64,000 bases of DNA, taken from Candidatus Latescibacterota bacterium (GTDB lineage: Bacteria > Latescibacterota > UBA2968 > UBA8231). This document shows positions 21,597 through 30,005 of this stretch, in pieces. The stretch spans positions 800,001 through 864,000 of the forward strand of contig OZ242214.1 of the NCBI GenBank assembly GCA_965206595.1, given 5' to 3'. A model generated the notes under the pieces. It saw nothing but the letters and a program-made list of their open reading frames with translations. It did not search any database and was not told the DNA's origin. The position numbers were made by a program, and so were the translations under genes. Position 1 is the first letter of the stretch; every line of letters begins with the position of its first letter.

Positions 21597-21782
21597 TTAT
21601 GCGGCTGTTTCCAGCTCGTGGATCCGCGACTCATGATCATCGGTGACCCGCTTCACGTCCTTGAACTCGCCGGTGACTCGGTCGAATCCTTCTTTCATCT
21701 GTGTCTCAAGTAGGTCAAATCTCTGGTCGATCTTCTCAGCCAGATCGTCGAGGTCTGCTTTAGTCGCTGGTCTGTCGGCCAT
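21597..21782 (-). CDS. Small coiled-coil hypothetical protein (61 aa)
   Basis: MADRPATKADLDDLAEKIDQRFDLLETQMKEGFDRV... heptad pattern. GAGGAG RBS. Confidence 0.65.
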   Translation of the reverse strand: MADRPATKADLDDLAEKIDQRFDLLETQMKEGFDRVTGEFKDVKRVTDDHESRIHELETAA

Positions 21783-21803
21783 TTTTCTGGTATCTCCTCG
21801 GCA

Positions 21804-21987
21804 GGAGATTGTCACCCCAGTGTATCTAGGGGAATCACATGTGATTTGGCCATCCATATGCCCCTATCTGTGCGTCGTTGATGCGGGTGACCATGCGCGA
21901 TGCTAATCACCTGCTCGGGATCTGGCGCGATGCCTTTCCCGGTGCTGGGCCCAAGCTGTCAGCACAATCAGAGGGGTGACAATCTCC
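21804..21987. repeat. 15-bp perfect inverted repeat enclosing 154 bp
   Basis: GGAGATTGTCACCCC (21804-21818) and GGGGTGACAATCTCC (21973-21987). Internal palindrome AATCACATGTGATT at 21833-21846. Confidence 0.8.
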
Positions 21988-22211
21988 ACGCAGAGGGGGT
22001 GACAGGCGCTGATCCGCTCTCTCGACAAAGAACACTCGCCGCGATCTTCATCAGGAGATAAGCACTCTGTCCAGCCAGCTGTCGATTCCTGAATTATCTC
22101 TCTTGCAAAGGCCACATCCTCTTCCACCTGACGTGGATCGGGATGGGGTTCTTCGGGTTCTATCCGAGTACCATCGGGCTGCACGTTGATGATGATCTGA
22201 ATGGAAGCCAA
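21903..22211 (-). CDS. Hypothetical protein (doubtful)
   Basis: ORF only, TTG start, no recognisable motif. Confidence 0.25.
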   Translation of the reverse strand: MASIQIIINVQPDGTRIEPEEPHPDPRQVEEDVAFAREIIQESTAGWTECLSPDEDRGECSLSRERISACHPLCVEIVTPLIVLTAWAQHRERHRARSRAGD

Positions 22212-22242
22212 AAGCTAACTTTCTGCCTTTCGTTACTATCCC

Positions 22243-22408
22243 GTATAAGTTCCTTTTTTTGACTCTCCTCAAGGCGGACAACGCACCGCCAGGGTCAGGC
22301 AGCTCCCGGAGGATCGTTTGCCCGTCCTTCGACCGAGCTCGCAGTACAGTCTGGTTGCCTGTCGGCACGTATCCGGATCAATCCGGGACCTGAGGACCGT
22401 TGAGGGCA
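22243..22408 (-). repeat. IS91-family oriIS-like end, copy A
   Basis: ~140-bp core at 22271-22408 shared with 24249-24389 and 28066-28202. The minus strand ends AAAAAAAGGAACTTATAC. Confidence 0.8.
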
Positions 22409-22414
22409 CACCCC

Positions 22415-22733
22415 GCCGTACGCCCGGCGACGCCCAGCTCGTCGAGCACGGTCGGCACGATGTCGACGTGACCCAAAGAACCCGCACACCCAGCGATCGT
22501 CGAGCAGATCGGTCAGGCAGGGATGTGGTCGTGCATGGGATGGCCGAGAAGCGTGAGGTGTGGCGCCACTTCTCGTCCAGCTGGAAACCGACCCGGCCGG
22601 GAGGGACGCGGCCGGAGGTCAGCTCGTCCGTGCGCCGGCTGAGCGAGTCCAGCTCCCCGGCGCTCATCACCGCGCCGAGCGGCAGGTAGCCGTCGGCATG
22701 GAATCGATCGAGCTGTTCGCCGGTGAGCGCCAT
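22415..22733 (-). pseudogene. Mosaic of a PhyH N-terminal fragment and a sulfatase-like fragment
   Basis: MALTGEQLDRFHADGYLPLGAVMS... with RBS, ending near 22565. GHVDIVPTVLDELGV in another frame near 22420-22475. Confidence 0.6.
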
Positions 22734-22814
22734 CGGTCTACTCCTCGACCGGGGCGCCGCGGTCGCGGGCCCGGGGCGCCAAGACACCGTGCCAGGAATG
22801 GCTGCGTCGGCCCC

Positions 22815-23453
22815 TCAGACCGTGATCCGGATCCCGGCCCGTTCACCGGCGACGCGCACGTCCTCCAGAAACGACGCATCGGAACCACCGGCCCGAACCG
22901 CTACGATTTCGAGGTCCGCTTCGGCCACACGGTCGCCGAAAAGAATGAGAACGTCATCGGGGTCGCACTGGTTCGAGGTCCAGATCAGCCCTTCTACATC
23001 CGGGAACTGACCATGGATCGCCCGGGCCCACTCTGCCGTCCGGCCGTAGCAGGTCGGCGGGCTGGCTACCAGGTCCGCCCGGGCGACGTTCCACTTCCCG
23101 AGGTCTGCAGCGCGCAGATTGGCCAAGCGGATGGCGCGCCGCAGTTGAAGCGTGCCGTGCGACCGGCGGTCGATCTGGTATCTCGGCACGGTCTTGCGCT
23201 CCGCCTCGGCTGGCACGTCATGGAAGACCGTCTCGTAGATGGCCGAAACGAGTGTCCTGCCGGCGTACAGGGAAGGAACGCACCGCCCATTGCTGTCCCG
23301 GATGGGGGCAAAGCGTGTGGGGCCGCCCAGGCAGGGGTTGAAGGCATTCGGGGCGAGCCTCCGGTCGTGGACACGATGCAACAGCGCCCCGGCCTCGAGC
23401 ACGGTGAGATTGGGTTTCGCCAGGACGGCCGGGGGGCTCGGGAGGGACTCCAC
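22815..23453 (-). CDS. RES-domain toxin (NAD+ phosphorylase family)
   Basis: LHRVH...FNP..G..TRFAP, LYAG......YETVFHD and GLIWTS (R, E, S residues). Confidence 0.9.
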   Translation of the reverse strand: MESLPSPPAVLAKPNLTVLEAGALLHRVHDRRLAPNAFNPCLGGPTRFAPIRDSNGRCVPSLYAGRTLVSAIYETVFHDVPAEAERKTVPRYQIDRRSHGTLQLRRAIRLANLRAADLGKWNVARADLVASPPTCYGRTAEWARAIHGQFPDVEGLIWTSNQCDPDDVLILFGDRVAEADLEIVAVRAGGSDASFLEDVRVAGERAGIRITV

Positions 23454-23463
23454 GGCCGGCCCC

Positions 23464-24159
23464 TTATCCGAACGCGGGTTGGGCGAGTCGCCTGGCGGCC
23501 TGGACTACCTGATCGCCGTCATCCAGTCGCTGCTGCGGTTCGGCGCCGTCGAGCCAGCCATTTCCGGAGGCGAACCACAGCGCCGTCTGCCATGCTGTCG
23601 TCCCTTTGGGGAGGGCGGCGAGTATGTCCTTGATCACGGGACGCGGCGCCCCGTCCTGGAATTGAAACGCGGGGTAGCGGTCGATGCCCTGGCAGCGCAC
23701 CGCGAAGATCCTGCCTTCCCGTTTCCAGCGCGATGCCGGTTCGCTCTTGTTGCGCGGCCTGAGGTCCGACGCGGCACGGACTTCCGCCGCCGTCAATACC
23801 GAAGTTTTCTCCAGGTAGTCGGCACGAAGCTGGACGTTGTCGATCTCGAGGTCGGTCTCGACATCGGCATGAGGAGCACGCGACAGCAGGAAATCGACCA
23901 ACTGCTCGATATTGCGCTCGCTGAGATTGCGGGCGCTTTCCGCCCCCTTCATTGCCAGGACCCGGATCACGTGATCGGCCAGCCTGGCAAGCTGTCGGTC
24001 CGCAGTGCCGAGAAGAATCCACTCGTCCGCCGACTCGAACCTGGCGCCGAACCTCTCTTTGAGCCTCGCCGGCAGCTCCTCGACCTCGTCGGACCGGAGA
24101 TGGAGAAAGGAGAGTTTTGCATGCTGGCTGGCCATACCGCCACCTTTCATGATATTCAT
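23464..24159 (-). CDS. Xre/MbcA/ParS-type antitoxin
   Basis: YPAFQFQDGAPRP and WQTALWFASGNGWLDGAEP C-terminus. Lies directly upstream of the RES gene. Confidence 0.85.
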   Translation of the reverse strand: MNIMKGGGMASQHAKLSFLHLRSDEVEELPARLKERFGARFESADEWILLGTADRQLARLADHVIRVLAMKGAESARNLSERNIEQLVDFLLSRAPHADVETDLEIDNVQLRADYLEKTSVLTAAEVRAASDLRPRNKSEPASRWKREGRIFAVRCQGIDRYPAFQFQDGAPRPVIKDILAALPKGTTAWQTALWFASGNGWLDGAEPQQRLDDGDQVVQAARRLAQPAFG

Positions 24160-24248
24160 GACTAGTGACGAAAGTATTCTATCTCATGCCCTGGTGCAAC
24201 ATCGAGGTCTGCACGATATCTCGTGCCCTCAGCAGTTCATCACGGCGT

Positions 24249-24389
24249 AAGGCGGACAGCGCACCGCCAGGGTCAGGCAACTCCCCTGAGGATCGTTTTG
24301 CCAATCCTTCGACCGAGCTCGCAGTACAGTTTGGTTGCCTGTCGGCCCGTATCCGGATCAATCCGGGGCCTGAGGGACCGTTGAGGGCA
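24249..24389 (-). repeat. IS91-family oriIS-like end, copy B
   Basis: Same ~140-bp core, fused directly to an IS91 transposase fragment. The terminal TATAC is not seen. Confidence 0.8.
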
Positions 24390-24705
24390 GCATGGTCGCC
24401 ACCGCAGCCGATGGCCGCAGGACGCAGCGCTCGCCGCGCCGTCCGCCGCCGACGGCTCGGCAACCGGCTTGGCGGGCACGATGCGGTCGCGGGTCCGGGC
24501 CCGGATCGCCAGGACACCTTGGTAGCGCAGGAGATGAAACCGGGGCGGGGGAACCAGAGCCGCCAGCTTCTCCAGCAGTTCCATCGGAGACAGCAGGAGA
24601 TGGCTGGTCCCATCCGACCACGGCGTTTTGAGCGCGAAGGAAAGATGGTCGGCATCGAGAATGCGCAGACGCCCTCCCGCCAGGGCCGGCCGGGCCACGT
24701 AGCGG
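24390..24705 (-). pseudogene. IS91-family (Y2) transposase fragment
   Basis: CRYVARPALAGGRL...LKTPWSDGTSHLLLSPMELLEKLAALVPPPRFHLLRYQGVLA...RDRIVP. Confidence 0.88.
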
Positions 24706-24960
24706 CAGTCTGGACGCTCGCTTTCGACGCGCTCTCCCGGGCCGAAGCGGTCACCTTCGTAGGCTATTCCTTTCCCCCCACCGACGCCGCCGCCCGCGTC
24801 CTGTTCGCGAAGCACTTCGCGACCTCCCTGCCGCCAACATCACGGTCGTCGGGCTGGAACGCACCGACCAAGGCCAACGAGAACTCAAGGCGAGGTACCG
24901 GGACTTGCTTGGCAACCTCCCCGACCACTCGTTCTTCCTCGACGGAGCCCTGCCGTGGGG
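24700..24960 (+). pseudogene. SIR2-like protein C-terminal remnant
   Basis: VWTLAFDALSRAEAVTFVGYSFPPTD, typical of SIR2-like C-termini. Frameshifted, no start. Confidence 0.55.
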
Positions 24961-25080
24961 ACCCGCGCCCTCACCGCCGACCAGTCCCAGCATCCCGCCA
25001 CGGGTCCATGACCGCCCCACCCGGGATCACCATCCCCGCCCCACGTCCTCCCCTGACCGCCGCGCAACCCCGAGAAACGC

Positions 25081-25653
25081 CTACGAGCCGGGAGCTCCCA
25101 GCCCGGCACGGGGGCCGGACTGCCGTCTCACGATCCGCGCCATCGCCATCACGGCTTGTCGTGCGTCCCTCTCAAGTACCTCTTGCGGCAGCGCATTTTC
25201 GCCCACGCTACGTGCCGTCAACGTTGTCTCGCTCAGAGGCGCCCGGAAATGCGCGTGCGAATTCCTCAACTCGGCAAGCTCTCGGTACGTACACCACTCC
25301 TCCCCGGACAGCCACCCGTCCTCATTCGCTTTCTCGAGCACGGCGCGCAAGGGTGCTTTCTTTGCCGGCTCCCAGCCGGCCGCGTAGAGCTGCGCCGCCA
25401 GCTCGCGTTCCACATACGCAAGACACAGCAGCACGACCGCGAGGTCCGAGCCGTCCAGATAACAGCGCCTCACCTCGTCGAAGCAGATCGACGACTCGAT
25501 CCCCGCCATGTAGCTGATCCCGTCCTGCGGGACGGGCATGATGCCGAGCAGGTCCTGCAGCCGTTGGGCGCGCCGCGCGCGTCCCTTGGCGTCGTCGGCT
25601 TCAAGCCACCGCGTCAGTTCCTCGATGTCCCGAGTGCCTTCATCCCCGGCCAT
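25081..25653 (-). CDS. HEPN-domain protein (putative RNase)
   Basis: RRCYLDG..LAVVLLC...VERELA helix and LRNSHAH (Rx4H). Confidence 0.7.
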   Translation of the reverse strand: MAGDEGTRDIEELTRWLEADDAKGRARRAQRLQDLLGIMPVPQDGISYMAGIESSICFDEVRRCYLDGSDLAVVLLCLAYVERELAAQLYAAGWEPAKKAPLRAVLEKANEDGWLSGEEWCTYRELAELRNSHAHFRAPLSETTLTARSVGENALPQEVLERDARQAVMAMARIVRRQSGPRAGLGAPGS

Positions 25654-25664
25654 GCCTTCCGTCC

Positions 25665-26581
25665 TCACTCCCCCGCCGCCTCGTCAGCCGCCGTAGGCGG
25701 GGCACCACCCCGCATCGGCGTCACCAAGTCCGGGACCACCATGCCCTTGCTGAAAAACATGACCTCCCGCCCGCGGGCCCGCCGCCGCGCGCTGTATCCG
25801 ATCGAGTACTCCAGCCGCGCCGCTGGCTCGTAGAGGCTGCGTATGTCTTCGTCGTCGTCGTACGAGACGATCCACGGCGCGCTTCTCAACTCGACGAGCA
25901 GTTCCGCCACATCCGCATGATCGTCGGGCCCATAAGCGTCGTAGTAGAGCATGCGGCCCTTCTCGAAGTAGGCGGATCCACGTAGATCAGGTCCTTCACC
26001 CCGAAGGAGTCCCACCGCTCGCGAAAAAACGCGACCGCGTCCATGCAGCTCACCTCGATGCGACCGGCGCATTCTGCGACCTTGGCGATGCGGCGGGTTA
26101 GGTCTTCCCGGTTGAACCGCGCGTCCATGCACCACTTGGCATCCTGCTTTCGTCCCCCGATCAAACCGCCGTTCAGGATCCCCGAACGGTTCGTCCGGTT
26201 CAGGTAGAAGCACGAGAACCCCACGTCGAGCGTTGACGAGTCCTCCGGTCGGGCGAACACGGCCTTCTGCCGGTCCCATTCCTCGACCGTCAGCGGTGCC
26301 TCCCGAATCCGCCCGCAGAGCTCGTCGGTGTGCCGAAGGACGCACGTCCAGAACGCGCTCACGTGCGGGCTGATGTCGTTGACGACCACCCGCCGCACCA
26401 CCCCCGTGACCAGCAGCTCGCAGGCGATGCCAGCCCCGCCCGCGTAGGGCTCGATGTACCGCCCGTCGGAAAGGCCGTTCGCCCGAACCACCGCGGCCAT
26501 GAACTTGGCGAGCTTGCCTTTGCCGCCCGGATACCGCAGGGGGGAATACCGGCCGGTAGGCCCGATCCCTGCCCCCGGCAT
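25665..26581 (-). CDS. Dam/D12-class N6-adenine DNA methyltransferase (1-bp frameshift at DPPY)
   Basis: SPLRYPGGKGKL, YIEPYAGGAG, YLNRTNRSG and IYVDPP/YFEKG..LY...WIVSYD motifs. One C missing at 25971-25975. Start overlaps the upstream stop (TAATG). Confidence 0.9.
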
Positions 26582-27956
26582 TACACGCTTCCGTACGTCG
26601 CGATCAGCAGCGGCAGGGACCCCTCCCATCCCGCCCTCAGATCGTCCGCGCTCGGCAGTTCGTACCTGTTGTGGACGAACCCGTTCAGCGACTGGATGGA
26701 ACACGTCGACGTCTTGACCAACAGGCGGTTCCGGAACGCCCGCAAGTCCTTTGCGCTCACCTTCTTCTTCGATCTCAGGTCCTCGACCACGTCCGTCGCC
26801 TTCCTGGTGAGGTCGAACTCCCTCTCCCCGCCTTGTGGCCCCAGCGGCAGGTTGTTCGCCTTCATGTAGTCGTTGACCGCGAGCTCGACCACGGCGCGCA
26901 GTACGAAGGCCGCGGACAGGGGAAGCCTCTCGATGTTCAGCGATGCCGCTTCGCCCACCAGCATGCCAAGCTTCGTCGAGCTGCTCACGTCGAACGGGTG
27001 CGTCTTCGGCGCCAGCATCTTGCGCTTTCCCGGCGCTTTCTTCCGCCCCGGTGGCTTTCTTCGCGAAGTCGGGGGGCTCCCCGCGAGGCTGGTGTCGCGA
27101 AACGCCTTCGGCTTCGCGGCCCCCGACTCATCACCCGGTTTCAACTCCGGCGGTAGCTCGGCGAAGTACCTTTCGATGTCCGTTGCCCGGTTCAATCGCC
27201 TGGAGTCCACGTCGCCCGACAAGATGTCGTCGACGATCCGGCGCAGCACGGCCAGCGCCCACTTCGGGTCCGTTCCCAGAACCGGCGTCTTGCGCTCGCC
27301 GTCCATCTTCGCCGAAATCCCAAGGTGTACCTGGCCGGAGGCCGACTCCAGCAATCTCGTCAAGTTCGTCGACTTGCCGCCGCCAAGCGCCGCGTGCGCC
27401 TTGTCCCACTCCGTCTTCGAGTACCCCGCGTTCCTGCCCACGAACTCGATCACGTCGATCGTCGTGTAGTCGTTCGAGAACCGTTGGATGTCGAGCGGCT
27501 TCCATCTGATCCGGCCCTCCCCACCGGCGACACCCGTGTGCCGTCGCCTTATCCAGTCGTTCGCCTCCTCGCGGTCGTCGAACCAAACGTAGCGGATTGG
27601 TTCCACGTCGGCCCGGGCGAACCCCGTCGCCTCCCTAACAAGCGGCTTCGTTATCGACTCGGGGAGATCCGTACCCGCCAGGAGATCGGGATTGGTCAAC
27701 ACCTTCAACGCCGATAGACGGCGGTTCCCCTCAAGGACGAGGAATCCTCCTCGTTATCCTCCGATCTAATGACGTACAGGCTGTCGCCGGGATCGAGACC
27801 GTCGTCCCTGATACTCGCCATGAGATTTCCGAAGTGCTCCGGATTCAGCTCAACGATTCCGGCGAGCGCCTCCGATTGCGACCACGTCACGCCTAGGCGT
27901 GGGTTTTCCAGGTCCAGCAGCAAATCGTCAATTTTAAGTTCAAATTGCTCGGTCAT
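26581..27956 (-). CDS. ParB/Srx-like N-terminal domain protein with HEPN-like C-terminus (1-bp frameshift)
   Basis: LLLDLENPRL and VLEGNRRLSALK (restored by adding one T at 27743-27744). C-terminal LRAVVELAV...LNGFVHN. Confidence 0.78.
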
Positions 27957-28033
27957 CTTCTTCTTCGCTCCGCGACTTCCGTTCCGAATGTCCGTATCCG
28001 TCAAGTCACCTCGGCCCCATCCGCCAGCCAAAA

Positions 28034-28202
28034 GTATAGGTAAAATGGGGCACCTTTTTGGACTCAAGGCGGCCAGCGCACCGCAAGGCCTGCCAACTCC
28101 CCTGAGGATCGTTGGCAGGTCTCCGACCGAGCTCGCAGTACAGTCTGGTTGCCTGTCCGCCCGTATCCGGATCAATCCGGACCTGAGGGACCGTTGAGGG
28201 CA
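28034..28202 (-). repeat. IS91-family oriIS-like end, copy C
   Basis: Core begins ~45 bp after the transposase stop codon. The minus strand ends TTTTACCTATAC, like the CCTATAC terminus of IS91/ISCR oriIS. Confidence 0.82.
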
Positions 28203-28247
28203 CCCCCAGCCGTCCGCCCGGCGACGGCGACGGGTCGAGATGGAAGG

Positions 28248-28515
28248 TCAGGCGGCGAACTCGAACAGCGGCTCAGGCGGGGCCCTCGGCGGGGGCATCG
28301 CCGGCAGCCCTACTCCCTCCAGCCCGTGCGTGCCCCGGTGGCGATGAGCCCTCGCACCGAAGCGGTGAGAGCCGCCAACACGAGCTCCTCGTCGGCGAGC
28401 GGATCGGCGGCGGTGTCGTCGAGCAGGCCGCGTTTCGTGAACAAGCGGATGATGCGGCTCGCACTCGTCTCCACGATCTGCTGCACGGCTTGGTCGGACA
28501 ACGGCGGGACCGCTT
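28248..28515 (-). pseudogene. Internally deleted IS91-family transposase remnant
   Basis: PPLSDQAVQQIVETSASRIIRLFTKRGLL...ASVRGLIATG joined to the C-terminal LEGVGLPAMPPPRAPPEPLFEFAA-stop. Confidence 0.7.
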
Positions 28516-28898
28516 CCGTCACGAATACAACCAGGAACGGCCGCACGATGCCCTGCAGTAACGACCTTCGGTCGAGTTCTACCAGACCTCCCGCGTCCTT
28601 TTCCCAGAAAGCTGCCGCCCCTACACTACCCGGCCCACTGGGAGGTACGGCTCGTCAGCAGCAACGGAGGCATTCGCTGGAAAACCCAACGCGTAGCCGT
28701 CAGTCACGCCCTGCGTCAACACCCCATCGGCTTGGAACTCATTGACGACGGGGTCTGGGGAGTGAGGTTTGGTCCCCTCAGACTGGGTCGCATGGATGAA
28801 CGACAGCTCACCATTACCGACATGTCGTCTAAAACCGTTCGTCGGAAACTGTAAACCATGTTCCCGGACTATTCTGTAAGGATGTACCCGACCGCTCA
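28515..28898 (+). mobile_element. IS481-family remnant (3' part of transposase and right end)
   Basis: Manual translation EYNQERPHDAL...YPAHWEVRLVSSNGGIRWK...IGLELIDDGVWGVRFGPLRLG, stop at 28854. Doubled subterminal motif TGTAA..ATGT.CCCG ending TCA. Confidence 0.78.
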
Positions 28899-28993
28899 GC
28901 ATATAATTCGGACCTAATCATAACCATTTCCAGTTTAATGAAGTCGGATTTCAATATTGGTTGGTGGAGATTTCATAAAATCAACTAAGTCAG

Positions 28994-29997
28994 CTAGTGT
29001 CCTGTCGTGTAATTAACTGTACAAACAATTGAAGGTGCCGTAGGTTTCTCTTATCCCCCTTCTGAAAGGAGAGACCTATGGTGACGGGGCGTCCATTACC
29101 GCCGTTAGAGCTGAGTCCGTCGGACCGGGAACGATTGGAATCGATGGCCAAATCCCGGAGCCTTTCCCACGGGTTGGTGCGGCGAGCCGAGATTAGTCTG
29201 CTGGCCGCAGAAGGCGGGCCCAATGAAGCCGTCGCCGCCGCCGTGGGTGTGACGCGTGCTACGGTCGGCAAGTGGCGCCGGCGCTTTCTCGAAAACGGGC
29301 TCCAGGGCTTGCATATGGTTTGCAGCCCCATCGACACAAGCACTTCACGCTTTCCACCGATCCTTTCTTTGTCGACAAAGTACGGGATATCGTCGGCTTA
29401 TACCTGAATCCCCCCGAGCACGCCCTGGTGCTGTGCGTCGACGAGAAGAGCCCGATCCAGGCGTTGGAACGAAGTCAGCCCATGCTGCCCCTGGGACTGG
29501 GATACGTGGAAGGGGTACCGCACGACTACAAGCGCCATGGCACCACCACCCTGTTCGCCGCACTGGACGTAGCCACCGGGGAAGTGATGACCCAGTGCAA
29601 GCCCCGTCATCGTCACCAGGAGTTCCTTCAGTTCCTGCGCCACATCGAGGCCCACGTCCCCGCTGACCTCGATATTCATCTCGTCGTCGACAACTACGCC
29701 ACGCATAAGCATGCCAAGGTCAAGCGATGGTTGGCACGGCGTCCCCGATTTCACGTTCACTACACCCCCCACCTATGCTTCGTGGCTCAATCAGGTGGAG
29801 ATCTGGTTCAATATCCTTACCCGCCAGGCGGTTCGGCGCGATTCGTTCCGCAAGGTGTCGGAGCTCATCGAGCGCATCGAACGCTACACGGCAAATGGAA
29901 CGCCAACGCACACCCTTTCGTGTGGACGGCTACGGCTGATTCCATCCTCGCGAAAATCAAGAGACTTTGCGAACGAATCTCTGCGACACAACACTAG
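28994..29997 (+). mobile_element. IS630-family element, internally deleted and frameshifted
   Basis: Ends CTAGTGTCCTGTCG / CGACAACACACTAG. HTH N-terminus, [28 protein letters not shown] and SWLNQVE motifs spread over three frames. Confidence 0.9.
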
Positions 29998-30005
29998 ATA
30001 TAATG

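Noticed and set aside
22271-28202. The 140-bp repeats as integron attC sites or a CRISPR array
   Set aside because: No RYYYAAC/GTTRRRY ends, no intI, spacing of kilobases, and direct linkage to IS91 transposase remnants.
29078-29997. Programmed frameshift in the IS630 transposase
   Set aside because: The break coincides with a missing internal segment and there are further shifts, consistent with decay.
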